A stretch of 58,055 nt of DNA from an uncultured Pseudomonadota bacterium. Its GTDB lineage: Bacteria; Babelota; Babeliae; Babelales; JACPOV01. The stretch spans positions 1 through 58,055 of the forward strand of contig CAZUJC010000004.1 in NCBI GenBank assembly GCA_964620245.1, written 5' to 3'. A program made the translations under genes and the position numbers. Below are positions 40,419 to 50,440 of the stretch, piece after piece. The notes beneath the pieces are model-generated. The model was not told the DNA's origin and ran no database searches. It worked only from the letters and a program-made list of their open reading frames with translations. The stretch's first letter is position 1, and each line of letters begins with the position of its first letter.

Positions 40419-41627
40419 ATGCGCATAAAAATTTTATCAACTACCGCATTGCTGGTAGTTGCAGGTTTGATCGGTTGGAGCGGATACCATTATTTTTTTG
40501 ATCTAAATGCCCCGGAGTGTTTTTTGACAGGAATAGAATCTGGTCACTATTATGCTGGAGATGTTTATTGTATTTTGGCTGGTAACGACGGATACAAAGT
40601 ATCAGACATTTCTGTTTGGCTTGATGGAACACCATTGCTGACAAAGTATAAAATAAACAGTCGTCGCTTTGAGCATCCATTTACGGTACCAACTAAAACA
40701 TTGCCAAATGGTAAGCATGTATTAAAAGTTGAAGTTGCCAATGGTACCTACGCAAAAAAGAAAATCACTCAGGAGCGATCATTCTTTGTGGATAACGATC
40801 CATTACAGGTAGCATTTGTGCGTCCTGAATCGGAATTAAAAGTATTTCAGGGAAGAACATTGCATGTTCAATTTCAGGTCAACAAAGAAATTGATCGTGC
40901 AGTGGTGAATGCACTGTCAAATAGTTTTGAATGTTTTGCCGAATCAAAAAATTCTCGTATTTATGAATGTTTTATTCCTATATCATGCGAAGAAGTAGCG
41001 AGTGAATATGTTGCGTCGGTCGAAGTTTTTGACAAAACAGGGCATTCAACTCGGCTTGATGGTAAATTTCAAGTAATTATGTTTCCATTTAAAAAACAAC
41101 AATTGCATGTTAGTGCTGAAAAAATAAAAATCGAAAAAGAGATGGGAATTAGTAACGATCAGCTTGAGTCGGAACTCGAAGCAATGGCTAAACAATCTCC
41201 TAAAGAAAAACTTTGGCAAGGAACTTTTTATCCACCGATAGAAATTCAAACCGTTTCGACCGACTTTGGTACAATTCGTACTACGCAAGAAAAAGGGCGT
41301 TATGTTCACAAGGCTGTTGATGTTCTTAATACGCCACGAAGTGTTGTGTGGGCGCCGCAAGATGGCATTGTTGTATTAAAAAATAGATATGCATACAGTG
41401 GAAACACTGTTGTGATCGATCACGGCTGCGGTATTTTATCACTTTTTTATCATTTAGATGATTTTGCCGATATTACGCCTGGGAAAAAAATTAAACGAGG
41501 AATGCCGCTCGGAACATTGGGAAAAACCGGTTATGCAAGCGGGTACCATTTACATTGGGAAATGAGAATTAGTAATATTCCTGTAGATCCATTGCAATGG
41601 ATAAAGCCAAATTTTTTACTTAATTAA
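40419..41627 (+). CDS. M23 family metallopeptidase with N-terminal membrane anchor
   Basis: HKAVD, GNTVVIDHG, YHLHWE; start at ATG 40419. Confidence 0.9.
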   Translation: MRIKILSTTALLVVAGLIGWSGYHYFFDLNAPECFLTGIESGHYYAGDVYCILAGNDGYKVSDISVWLDGTPLLTKYKINSRRFEHPFTVPTKTLPNGKHVLKVEVANGTYAKKKITQERSFFVDNDPLQVAFVRPESELKVFQGRTLHVQFQVNKEIDRAVVNALSNSFECFAESKNSRIYECFIPISCEEVASEYVASVEVFDKTGHSTRLDGKFQVIMFPFKKQQLHVSAEKIKIEKEMGISNDQLESELEAMAKQSPKEKLWQGTFYPPIEIQTVSTDFGTIRTTQEKGRYVHKAVDVLNTPRSVVWAPQDGIVVLKNRYAYSGNTVVIDHGCGILSLFYHLDDFADITPGKKIKRGMPLGTLGKTGYASGYHLHWEMRISNIPVDPLQWIKPNFLLN

Positions 41628-41640
41628 ATAAGGCAGAAAA

Positions 41641-42216
41641 ATGCAGGTGTTTCTTGGTGTGAATAAATTGTGCACAGTTGTTGCTTCCTATTCGCCGATT
41701 GTGCGGTATTGTTTAACTATTCTTGTGCTTTCAGTTGTTGTTTTTTCTTGGTTCAAAGGACCATATCAATGGTTGAACAACTATAAGCAACAGATTGATA
41801 CTGATAGAATACATATACAAAAGATCATTCAATCAGGTGATCAAGATGAGCATTGTTTGCAAGAATTACATGCATCATGTTCATCACTTAAGCGAGAAAT
41901 GAAAGAATTCAATTATCTTGCCAACAAACAATCGGTCGATTGTTTGTTGGCAATTTTAAATTGTGCACAAGTTAACGGGCTAACAGTTGAATCATGCTCA
42001 AAACAGTATGAAAAAGAAAAAGTTTGGTGTCAAAAAAAGGGTTATTCATACATGTTGAAAGGAAATTTTGCCCAGTTTTTTAATTTTTTTAATACGCTTA
42101 ACGAGCAAAAAAAATTAGTTCGTTGCAAAGAATTTTCGCTTGAAAAAACGGGAGATCTCTTAAGAGCGCATGTAGTTTTTGAAACAATGATAATTAAAGA
42201 TGAAGCATATGCTTAA
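41641..42216 (+). CDS. pilO: PilO-like type IV pilus assembly protein
   Basis: TM helix, coiled coil and LKGNFAQFFNFFNTL motif; overlaps a PilP-like gene. Confidence 0.65.
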   Translation: MQVFLGVNKLCTVVASYSPIVRYCLTILVLSVVVFSWFKGPYQWLNNYKQQIDTDRIHIQKIIQSGDQDEHCLQELHASCSSLKREMKEFNYLANKQSVDCLLAILNCAQVNGLTVESCSKQYEKEKVWCQKKGYSYMLKGNFAQFFNFFNTLNEQKKLVRCKEFSLEKTGDLLRAHVVFETMIIKDEAYA

Positions 42217-42460
42217 ATTTTCTGCAATTATTCTTGCACACTTTTTTTTTGCTTTGTGCGTAGCTGAATCGTTACGTGATCCTTTTTCGCTTCCAGTGAT
42301 GATGAATGAAGAGAAATTAGTAGTGCAACACACGCAAATTGAAACAGCAGAAAAAAAGCTGGAAGTTAAAGCAACTCAATGGGAAATCATCAAACAATTA
42401 GAAGACGGAACTACAATTATCAAGAAACAAGATGGATCAATTTGTAAAGTTAAAATTTAA
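42200..42460 (+). CDS. small PilP-like exported protein
   Basis: Signal peptide followed by LRDPF; lies downstream of the pilO-like gene. Confidence 0.5.
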   Translation: MKHMLKFSAIILAHFFFALCVAESLRDPFSLPVMMNEEKLVVQHTQIETAEKKLEVKATQWEIIKQLEDGTTIIKKQDGSICKVKI

Positions 42461-42472
42461 GATTATCCAAAT

Positions 42473-42506
42473 AAAAAACCCTCCAACTTTGTTATAAGCT
42501 GAAGGG
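42473..42506 (-). terminator. minus-strand intrinsic terminator of the candidate sRNA
   Basis: CCCUUCAGCUU/AAGUUGGAGGG (11 bp; the two G-U pairs form only on the minus strand) followed by U6. Confidence 0.8.
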
Positions 42507-42575
42507 CTAGGGGGGTGAACAATACATAAGATTGTATTGTTCGTTTAGGGACACTTATTAAATTTCTTCAATTCA
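42473..42575 (-). ncRNA. candidate ~100-nt small RNA
   Basis: Bounded by a consensus promoter (42582-42610) and a terminator (42473-42506); perfect 10-bp internal hairpin; no ATG-initiated ORF of useful length. Confidence 0.75.
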
Positions 42576-42581
42576 ACGCTG

Positions 42582-42610
42582 ATCGTAGCAGCCCAAAAAA
42601 GGGTTGTCAA
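42582..42610 (-). promoter_or_regulatory. sigma70 promoter of the candidate sRNA
   Basis: TTGACA-N17-TACGAT with an extended -10 TG. Confidence 0.8.
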
Positions 42611-42740
42611 GAAATTTTTTTCTGCTATAGAAAGGCAGCCTTGAGCTACAAATAATGCTCAATTAACAGGAAACTTGCACCAATAAAAGCAACGCCAGTA
42701 GGATGATTTTGTTTTAGTATTTTTTCAGCAAGGAGATTTT

Positions 42741-43460
42741 ATGAATAATCGATTTTCAATTAAACAAGCCCTCTGGTTTGGATTTTCTACTGTAATTGAT
42801 CATTTTGCTTTTTTTATCGCACTGATGCTTTCTTATTTGGGCATAATTGTTTTTGGTTCGTTTATTGGATTGGCAATTTTGTGTTTACCTTTTTCATATA
42901 ATATTGTTCAAATTGGTAAAACACTTAATACGATTGGCTTAACTAATAGCGAAGTTGTTAAAGATTTTTTAACAAGCAGCGGACCAGCATTTACTGTCTG
43001 TTTAAGTGTACTTATTTTGTTAATTTATTTTTTGTACCGATTACTTTCACTCGGTATGGTTAAAATAGCACTCGATTTTTATGATAATGGTGAAAGTAAG
43101 ATACAAAAAATATTTTCTTGTTGGCGCTTAGTAGTACGTGATGTTGTTGCCACATCTCTTTATTGGCTTATGTGTGCAATTGGATTTAGTTTGCTGATTG
43201 TTCCTGGAGTTTATATTGCAATCACGTTTGGCTTCTACCAATATGCCATTGTTGATGAAGACGCCGGTGTGTTTGATTCGTTTAAAAGAAGTGCACAATT
43301 AACAAGTGGCTATAAAATGGATCTTTTTGGATTAATGTTTTTAATGGGCATCATTAAATGGGCGGCACTTTCACTTTTTGGTATTGCATTAATTATTGTG
43401 GTACCTGCATTTGCACTTATTTATGCCTATGTTTATCGCAAACTGCTTGCGCGGGTGTAA
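42741..43460 (+). CDS. integral membrane protein (DUF975/YciC-like)
   Basis: Several TM helices, LLIVPG, DSFKRS...G.K motif; SD AAGGAG. Confidence 0.75.
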   Translation: MNNRFSIKQALWFGFSTVIDHFAFFIALMLSYLGIIVFGSFIGLAILCLPFSYNIVQIGKTLNTIGLTNSEVVKDFLTSSGPAFTVCLSVLILLIYFLYRLLSLGMVKIALDFYDNGESKIQKIFSCWRLVVRDVVATSLYWLMCAIGFSLLIVPGVYIAITFGFYQYAIVDEDAGVFDSFKRSAQLTSGYKMDLFGLMFLMGIIKWAALSLFGIALIIVVPAFALIYAYVYRKLLARV

Positions 43461-43464
43461 TTGA

Positions 43465-45273
43465 TTAGAGTTTTCGCTTAAATTTCTTTTCAATCTCATA
43501 CAAACTGATCAACCATCGCGTTGGTCGGCCGTGAGGACATGCAATTTGATTTTCACACTCTGAAAGTTGTGTGATGAGTTCTTGTTGCTGTTGAACCGAG
43601 AGGTTATCTCCCGCTTTAACTGCCGCTTTGCAGGCCATTTGTGCATGCATTTTTTCATGTGCTTTTTTGAAAAAATCTTCGCGTGGCAATTCTTGATGTT
43701 CAACTATGAGTGCGATTGTTTCTTTTATTAACTGAGTGTGTGAACAATTTTTTAAATGTATCGGAACAGAGTGTACCGCCACATGTGTCTGGCTTATTTG
43801 ATCAAGTAGAATACCGTGTTGTGAAAAAAAATCTTTATACTCAAGAATAAGCGCAATATCATTCATCGACAATGCAATTAACTCAGGAAATAAAAGTTGA
43901 ATGGTTGGTAATTGCCCAAATCGTTTCTTAAATTGCTCATAAAGGATGCGCTCATGTGCTGCATGTTGATCAATAAGCATAAGTCCATCATGACGTTCAA
44001 CCAGCAAATAGGTTGAAGCATATGATCCAAGTAGATGCCAATTATGTTCAGGATCTGAAATTGGTTGTTGTTTTTCTTCAATAAAATCAGTAAATGGCAA
44101 TTGGGTTCTAGTGTTTGTATCAAAATTGATAAGCGCGTTGTGTGTAGGTAGCGTTTGAAATATTTCTGTCGCAGGGCTTTGTATCTGTGTGCTCGGTTTA
44201 TCTTCTAGTGAAATTGATGCAAATTGCTTAACTTGATTAACTGGCGAATGCTGGTATGCATGAACTGCTTTTTTTTCAGGCATAACAGAATGTGTGAGTG
44301 TATTTTTTATAGCTTCTTGTAATGCGATTTCAATTTTTCGTTGATGCAAAAAAGATACTTCTTCTTTTCGAGGATGAACATTAATATCAACTTCTTGCGG
44401 ATTGACCCTTAAGTTAAATAGAGCAACAGGAAATCGATCCGGAGGTAAAATATTTAAATAGCCTTTCATGATCGCTTTTGAAAGTGAACCGTTTTTTACC
44501 CAACGATTATTTACAAAAAAGAAAAGCAGGCTGCGATCATAACGAAATACATGGTGATTAGAAACAATTCCCGCTATTTCTACTGAATCATTTTTAAACT
44601 CAATGAGTTGAATCATCGATTGTGCAATTGACGATTCAATGAGCTGCTCGCAGCGATTAATGAGAGAATGTGTTGGTGGGCAATTATATGAAAGGGTTTC
44701 ATCATTGTACAATTTAAAATGAATTTTCGGATACGAAAAACAAAAAGCTTGAAATAGTTGAACTATGTGCCGCCACTCGGTCTGATCGGCTTTTAAAAAT
44801 TTTTTTCGTGCGGGAACATTATAAAAAAGATCGTGAACCGAAATGTCAGTTCCTGTTTGGCATGAAACATGTGCGATCGAATTAATATTATTTTCTCGTT
44901 CAACTTTTATGCCATGAACAGCTAGAGATTCTTTTGTTTGTAATACTAATTTACTCACGGCACTAATGCTTGTCAGTGCTTCACCACGAAAACCAAAACT
45001 TGTAACTTGCTGTAGCTCATCGAAAGAATTTAGCTTGCTAGTGGCATGATGTGCAAAACAGAGAGCGGCATCATCTTGATCCATGCCGCAACCGTTATCA
45101 ACAATGCGAATTAATTGCTTGCCAGCTTGCTGAATATAAATTGAAATAGTTGTCGCACCTGCATCAACCGCATTTTCGACTAATTCTTTAATAACACTTG
45201 CAGGTCTTTCGACTACTTCACCTGCTGCAATTTTATGTGCCTCGTGAGGCGGCAATTGTTTGATTTTTCCCAT
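43465..45273 (-). CDS. mutL: DNA mismatch repair endonuclease MutL
   Basis: IAAGEVVERPASVIKELVEN, GFRGEAL, DQHAAHER, CPHGRP; start at ATG 45273. Confidence 0.97.
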   Translation of the reverse strand: MGKIKQLPPHEAHKIAAGEVVERPASVIKELVENAVDAGATTISIYIQQAGKQLIRIVDNGCGMDQDDAALCFAHHATSKLNSFDELQQVTSFGFRGEALTSISAVSKLVLQTKESLAVHGIKVERENNINSIAHVSCQTGTDISVHDLFYNVPARKKFLKADQTEWRHIVQLFQAFCFSYPKIHFKLYNDETLSYNCPPTHSLINRCEQLIESSIAQSMIQLIEFKNDSVEIAGIVSNHHVFRYDRSLLFFFVNNRWVKNGSLSKAIMKGYLNILPPDRFPVALFNLRVNPQEVDINVHPRKEEVSFLHQRKIEIALQEAIKNTLTHSVMPEKKAVHAYQHSPVNQVKQFASISLEDKPSTQIQSPATEIFQTLPTHNALINFDTNTRTQLPFTDFIEEKQQPISDPEHNWHLLGSYASTYLLVERHDGLMLIDQHAAHERILYEQFKKRFGQLPTIQLLFPELIALSMNDIALILEYKDFFSQHGILLDQISQTHVAVHSVPIHLKNCSHTQLIKETIALIVEHQELPREDFFKKAHEKMHAQMACKAAVKAGDNLSVQQQQELITQLSECENQIACPHGRPTRWLISLYEIEKKFKRKL

Positions 45274-45314
45274 GATGATTCCGCCCAAATTAAATTTTTC
45301 TCAGTGTAACAAAT

Positions 45315-45863
45315 TTAATTTAATGAAGCCATCAGTTTAAAATGGAGTACAGGAATATTTTTTTCTGAATCGAGCGTCTGATTAAGCGAATCAATTAGTG
45401 CTAGTTTTAATCTATTATCGGTTTGCAAATTATTAATAAAATTTGTAAGCGATTGCAGGTGGTAGCTATTACCCTCGAGTTGTAGCTGTTGATTATAGTG
45501 ATACGAAAAACGAGTTAATACAACATCAGCCGGAATAGTTTGCGAAAGTAATTTTAAAAGAGCGAGTGAAGCAGAGCATGAAGATTCGTATGAATGCAGA
45601 ACGGTAAGTTGTTGCTGTAATTTTTTTTCTTGTTGTTCAAGTGAACTAATTGATTGATGTACGGTAGTAACCATCGATTTTTTGGCAAGCAACTGTTTTT
45701 TATTTTGTAGTGAAGACATGATTTGTATTGATTGATATATATTGGTTGAAATAAGAAGAGCAACTGTTAAAAAGAATGCACAACATGAAAAAAAGTACCA
45801 CGCATTAAGCGATTCACATTGTTGTGCGCGCATTAGTAATAAAAAATTAGTAACCTTCTTCAT
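45315..45863 (-). CDS. pilN: PilN-like type IV pilus assembly protein
   Basis: N-terminal NFL motif, TM helix, coiled coil, LSQTIPADVVLT...LEG...FINNL. Confidence 0.75.
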   Translation of the reverse strand: MKKVTNFLLLMRAQQCESLNAWYFFSCCAFFLTVALLISTNIYQSIQIMSSLQNKKQLLAKKSMVTTVHQSISSLEQQEKKLQQQLTVLHSYESSCSASLALLKLLSQTIPADVVLTRFSYHYNQQLQLEGNSYHLQSLTNFINNLQTDNRLKLALIDSLNQTLDSEKNIPVLHFKLMASLN

Positions 45864-46383
45864 AGCTTTGTTTTCCTATGGCAAAAAGTCCGATAGCTTC
45901 AAGTAAAAGTGATTGTGAAATATGATTTTTATCTTCAATCAATTCATCGAGCCGCATTTGTTGTTGATGAATAGTACTGTAAAACATCTCTGCACTATTT
46001 AGTGCACCTTTGTGGGTGGTGAGCGCGATACATTTCAGTTTATGTGCAATGGCAAAAAGTGAAAAATGGAAAAGAATGTGCGGTGCACAATGAAAATGGC
46101 GACCATTTTCATTGTTTTTTGCTAATGAATCATCACACGAAATAACTATGTAACTTTCGTGCTGATTGTAGGAGTGAATAAATTGCCAAATAATAGAATT
46201 TATTTTTTTATGATTAAAAATGCGACCGTTAACTACTTCATAGCTAGTAAGTGGTATCGACTCAATAGCAACACACTTTAATTGTTGATGTTCAGATTGT
46301 TCGATAATGCTGCATTTTATAGAATTGTCGGAAATCCGTATGCCAACAAACGAAGGCGATTTTTTGCTCCATAACTTGAACAT
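45847..46383 (-). CDS. short PilM-like protein (178 aa)
   Basis: FVGIRISDNSIK resembles the PilM phosphate-1 region; C-terminal AIGLF; overlaps pilN. Confidence 0.6.
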   Translation of the reverse strand: MFKLWSKKSPSFVGIRISDNSIKCSIIEQSEHQQLKCVAIESIPLTSYEVVNGRIFNHKKINSIIWQFIHSYNQHESYIVISCDDSLAKNNENGRHFHCAPHILFHFSLFAIAHKLKCIALTTHKGALNSAEMFYSTIHQQQMRLDELIEDKNHISQSLLLEAIGLFAIGKQSYEEGY

Positions 46384-46387
46384 TTTT

Positions 46388-47281
46388 TTATGGCATCCTT
46401 CCGCATGCGACTCGATCTTTTCCTTCCAGGTCTTTTATTATTTCAACATGCTCAAAAAGTGCATCTCTCATCAACTGTTTTACTTGGTTTCCTTGTCGGC
46501 AACCAATTTCAATGAAAATTTGAGGCAATTGGAGCATTTTCATGTCTTGGTTTTGGCGAATAAAAAGGGGTGCTTTTGCAACTATTTTTTCAATATGTGC
46601 TAATCCATTGTGTTCAGAAAAAAGTGCTCCGCGATCTTCCCATTCTGTTACCATGGGGTCAAGTGTTTTCCACTCTTTAGAACCAATATAGGGAGGATTG
46701 CTGACAATCAAATCATATTGAAAAAGAGAAGGATCAAGTGATTCAAACAGATCTGATTTGATAAAACGAACATTATTGATTTTATTATGTTGAGCATTTT
46801 CTTGTGCGCAGGCAATGGCTGCATCTGAAATATCGGTAGCAACTAGTTGTGATTTTTCAAAATATTTGGCGAGCAGTAACGCAATACAGCCGCTTCCTGT
46901 GCATAAATCAAGAATATGCAGTGGTTTATTTTTTAATTGTGCAAAATTTTGGCACAAATTAACACACCATTCTTCAGTTTCGGGTCGCGGAATTAAAATT
47001 GGTGGTTTCACCAGAATATCAAGCGATGCAAATGGAACTGAACCAAGAATATATTGCAGGGGTTCATGTTTATTAACATGCGCATCGATCCACTCTGCTA
47101 ATTGTTTTTCTTGTGAATCATCCAATTTTATTTCTTTAGTAATAATTAAATGTGCTTGATCAAGATTTGTTAATTTCTCAAGTAACCACCAAGCGGCTTG
47201 TTGTTGTTCAGCTGGATGATCGTAAATTGGTTGTAGTTGTTTGGCAATTTGTGTAATAAGCGTTGTTGGTTGATGCTTCAT
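46388..47281 (-). CDS. prmC: release factor glutamine methyltransferase
   Basis: EPLQYILG, LIPRPETE, DLCTGSGCI, SNPPY. Confidence 0.95.
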   Translation of the reverse strand: MKHQPTTLITQIAKQLQPIYDHPAEQQQAAWWLLEKLTNLDQAHLIITKEIKLDDSQEKQLAEWIDAHVNKHEPLQYILGSVPFASLDILVKPPILIPRPETEEWCVNLCQNFAQLKNKPLHILDLCTGSGCIALLLAKYFEKSQLVATDISDAAIACAQENAQHNKINNVRFIKSDLFESLDPSLFQYDLIVSNPPYIGSKEWKTLDPMVTEWEDRGALFSEHNGLAHIEKIVAKAPLFIRQNQDMKMLQLPQIFIEIGCRQGNQVKQLMRDALFEHVEIIKDLEGKDRVACGRMP

Positions 47282-47354
47282 CCAGCACCTTTCACAATAA
47301 AACTATTTTTATAGATAGCCTATTATGAATCATATTATTTTGACAATTTAATTG

Positions 47355-48242
47355 TTATTCGCTCAGTACTGAATGTACATATTCTTCACAATTAAATAGT
47401 TTTAATTGATCAATTTGTTCGCCGTAGGAAAGATAGGCAACGGGGATATTAAGTTCATGGTTAATAGCAAATACAATACCACCTTTGCCGGTACCATCCA
47501 TTTTGGTGAGCACAATTGCATCGATCGTGGTTGCTTCATGAAATAATTTTGCTTGTTGGAATGAATTTTGACCAAGCATGCCATCAATAGTAAGTAGGGT
47601 GATAATTTTATGTTCAGGCAACTGTTTAACAATTGAACGTTTTATTTTTGCAAGCTCGTTCATGAGGTTTGTTTTTGTTTGCAAGCGGCCTGCGGTGTCA
47701 ATAATTAAACAATCGGCATGTTCATTTTTAAATTGCTGACAACCAGCAAAAACGACCGATGCAGGATCTTGCCCTGCATTACCCTGAATTAATGTAGCGC
47801 CACTTTTTGCTGCCCATGCATTCAATTGCTCGGGAGCTGCTGCGCGGAATGTATCGGCCGCAACCAACAGAGTTTTTTTATGATTTTTTACGAAAGAATG
47901 AGCGAGTTTGCCAGCGAATGTTGTTTTACCACTGCCATTGATGCCTACCAAAAGATAAATAATTTTGTTGTCTTGAGGGTTAGGAAACGGTTTGAGCAAA
48001 TTTTGCAGAATTGTACATAAAAGATTTTTTAAATCTTTTCCTGATAGCGGTTGTGGTTCATTGTTCTTTTGGAGTTCAGCAAGAATAAATCGAGCAGTTG
48101 CTACCCCCGTATCCGCTTCGATTAATAATTGTTCAAGCTCATTTAGTGTTGCTTGATCGATGGTAGATTTTTTAAACAAACCTGCAATACGAGAAAATTG
48201 AGTGTATATTTTTTGAAACTGTGTTTTGATGAAATTAAACAT
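47355..48242 (-). CDS. ftsY: signal recognition particle receptor FtsY
   Basis: GINGSGKTT, DTFRAAA, DTAGR, TKMDGTGKGG. Confidence 0.96.
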   Translation of the reverse strand: MFNFIKTQFQKIYTQFSRIAGLFKKSTIDQATLNELEQLLIEADTGVATARFILAELQKNNEPQPLSGKDLKNLLCTILQNLLKPFPNPQDNKIIYLLVGINGSGKTTFAGKLAHSFVKNHKKTLLVAADTFRAAAPEQLNAWAAKSGATLIQGNAGQDPASVVFAGCQQFKNEHADCLIIDTAGRLQTKTNLMNELAKIKRSIVKQLPEHKIITLLTIDGMLGQNSFQQAKLFHEATTIDAIVLTKMDGTGKGGIVFAINHELNIPVAYLSYGEQIDQLKLFNCEEYVHSVLSE

Positions 48243-48266
48243 TGTTGTCCATGCAAAAAATTATTT

Positions 48267-49190
48267 TTAATCGATCCATCCAGTAACACGCGTTTTAGCA
48301 ATTCGTTCACCCATTTTAATTGGTGTTGGTTGGCTCGTAGTGAACGTAGGATCAATTGTAATCGTATTTTTTTCAAAAAGCATTACGATTGTTGATCCAC
48401 CAAAACAAAAATAGCCAGCTTCATAACCTTTTTGTACTGCATTATTAGGCTTGAATGTTTCAACAATTTTACCAACGCATAGTGCGCCCACTGGGATATA
48501 AGCAATTTTGCCTAAAGTTGGGTGATTGAGCATAATTAAATGCCGTTCATTTTCTGTCAATGGTTGAATGCCCGATGTATAGACAAAACTATTTACCGAT
48601 TCATAGCGACCGTTGATGGAAATTGGCTGGGTTGGAGTGCAATCTATAGGGAAATGGAAACGATGATAATTATGTGGTGCTAAGTAGACAACAATCATGG
48701 TGCCACCAAGATAATTTTGGGCTAATGATTTGTTGCCAAGTAATTTTTCAAGATTAAATGGTTTGTTTTTTACCAAAAATTCTGTGTTAGTATTTAAGTT
48801 TTGAATAACATAGAGTTGGCCATCCGCAGGACTGATGATTGAGTTTTGATCTTGATCAATAGGGCGAGAACCGTCTTTTAATTTTCTAATAAAAAATTCA
48901 TTAAATGAACTGTATTTTGAAATATCTGATGGTTCAGCTTCATCGATATTAATTTCGTATTTTTTTATAAAGGGATTAATTGCATATGAACTGAGCGAAC
49001 GATTTGCGCACCAGCCAACTAAACCGCTAAAATAGCGATTTCCGGTAAATAAAGAGCGAACAGTTTTGCCGATCCTGTTTTGATACAAGAAACCAAGCAT
49101 TGAAGTAGTAAAATTAGCTTCTGCCGCAATTGGTTGGACACATTGTATACCGAATAATAAAATTAGACCCCAAAATAACATTTTTTTCAT
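48267..49190 (-). CDS. psd: phosphatidylserine decarboxylase with an N-terminal signal-like peptide
   Basis: FNEFFIR, SPADG, YHRFHFP, NER, FGGST self-cleavage site. Confidence 0.92.
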   Translation of the reverse strand: MKKMLFWGLILLFGIQCVQPIAAEANFTTSMLGFLYQNRIGKTVRSLFTGNRYFSGLVGWCANRSLSSYAINPFIKKYEINIDEAEPSDISKYSSFNEFFIRKLKDGSRPIDQDQNSIISPADGQLYVIQNLNTNTEFLVKNKPFNLEKLLGNKSLAQNYLGGTMIVVYLAPHNYHRFHFPIDCTPTQPISINGRYESVNSFVYTSGIQPLTENERHLIMLNHPTLGKIAYIPVGALCVGKIVETFKPNNAVQKGYEAGYFCFGGSTIVMLFEKNTITIDPTFTTSQPTPIKMGERIAKTRVTGWID

Positions 49191-49356
49191 GTTTTAGAAC
49201 TCCTATTAATACTATCCTATCAAATTATAAATGATTGTCAATTTGAAATAAGATCATTTTTTTATTTTGAAAAAGTGCGTGAAGATACTGCAAACAAAGC
49301 AAACATTCACGTCACTATCATTGGCGTCTACTCATAAAAAATATAAACTTAATGCT

Positions 49357-49683
49357 ATGATAACTTTATTAAGTGCATTTCTTTCGCAACTTAAATTATT
49401 TTTATTTGTAAGCACATTTTTGTTGCTACGTTGTATAATCAGCGGTGATAATCGCGATGTTATTGAAATGCTTCCAGATGCATTTACGAACAAATATTTT
49501 ATTCTTTATTTATTGGTTTTGTGGTTTGTCTTTTTTTCGTGGTTTAGATATTATTATCAGTTTCCTGAGTATGGCATTTGGAGTCATCTTCTTACGTCGA
49601 ATGTAGGTTATGTAATATTAGCAATTGTTGTATTACTTGCTATCGCGCAGCTTGTAGTATTGTATAGTGAAAGACAGCGGTAA
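49357..49683 (+). CDS. small membrane hypothetical protein
   Basis: Three hydrophobic segments; probable ATG at 49357. Confidence 0.55.
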   Translation: MITLLSAFLSQLKLFLFVSTFLLLRCIISGDNRDVIEMLPDAFTNKYFILYLLVLWFVFFSWFRYYYQFPEYGIWSHLLTSNVGYVILAIVVLLAIAQLVVLYSERQR

Positions 49684-49771
49684 AGTCTAATTTTGTGTAT
49701 TTCAAAGTTATTTTGCTATTGAATATGTGAATATGCTAATCATAGAACAGCTATTTAACAGTTTGCATTCA

Positions 49772-50410
49772 TCAGTTTGTTAATCGTTCAATGGTGTTTA
49801 CCCATTTATCAAATAATTTCAGATTTAACCATTTATGTACAACAAGCTGAAGACCAAGAGTTGCACATATTGAACCGACGCCCACAACGAAGGCAAATTT
49901 TTTCGGATTTCGTGCAATCCATGATGAAGGCCTGTTAGTTTTTGTAAAAATAGCTCGACGGATTATTGGTGCATAGGTGAAAGATGTTTGAGTGCTTACT
50001 TCAATCGTATGAACAGTATGTTTGTGGTATGCAGCAATAATTGCGTTTTCAATTCCGGTTAAAAATAATATACCCTGCTTGGGATTATAGGTGATACCCT
50101 TAAGTACGTCGTTTAGGTAATTTTTTTGTTCAGTTGGATTTTCAATGTGAATAGAAGAAATCACATGAAGAGGTTTAGCTTTCGGTGTAAAATTTTCATG
50201 GAGGTGGGGAAATAACGTTAGTTTGTCTGGAAGTTTATCATTGGGGATGGAGAAGCATTTAAATTTGCCATTCAAGGTATATGGTTCAAGATCAGGCTCA
50301 GGGGATTTGCTGCTGTTGCTTCGAGTAAGTGGGTTAAAGGTAGATTCATTTTCCATAAGATAGGTGGGTAATGAGATGAAACAAACGCATAGTAAAATTT
50401 TGATAGTCAT
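49772..50410 (-). CDS. secreted hypothetical protein with a C-terminal TM segment
   Basis: Signal-like peptide ending TYL|MEN; KKFAFVVGVGSICATLGLQLVV near the C-terminus. Confidence 0.7.
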   Translation of the reverse strand: MTIKILLCVCFISLPTYLMENESTFNPLTRSNSSKSPEPDLEPYTLNGKFKCFSIPNDKLPDKLTLFPHLHENFTPKAKPLHVISSIHIENPTEQKNYLNDVLKGITYNPKQGILFLTGIENAIIAAYHKHTVHTIEVSTQTSFTYAPIIRRAIFTKTNRPSSWIARNPKKFAFVVGVGSICATLGLQLVVHKWLNLKLFDKWVNTIERLTN

Positions 50411-50440
50411 GCGTCAGTGCCTGCCCGTAGATTAATCATT

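Noticed and set aside
39179..40795. Single perfect DnaA boxes at 39179-39187 and 40787-40795
   Set aside because: They are isolated and inside coding sequence, so compatible with chance.
44854..44869. parS-like TGTTTGGCATGAAACA in mutL
   Set aside because: Three mismatches to TGTTTCACGTGAAACA and no second copy seen.
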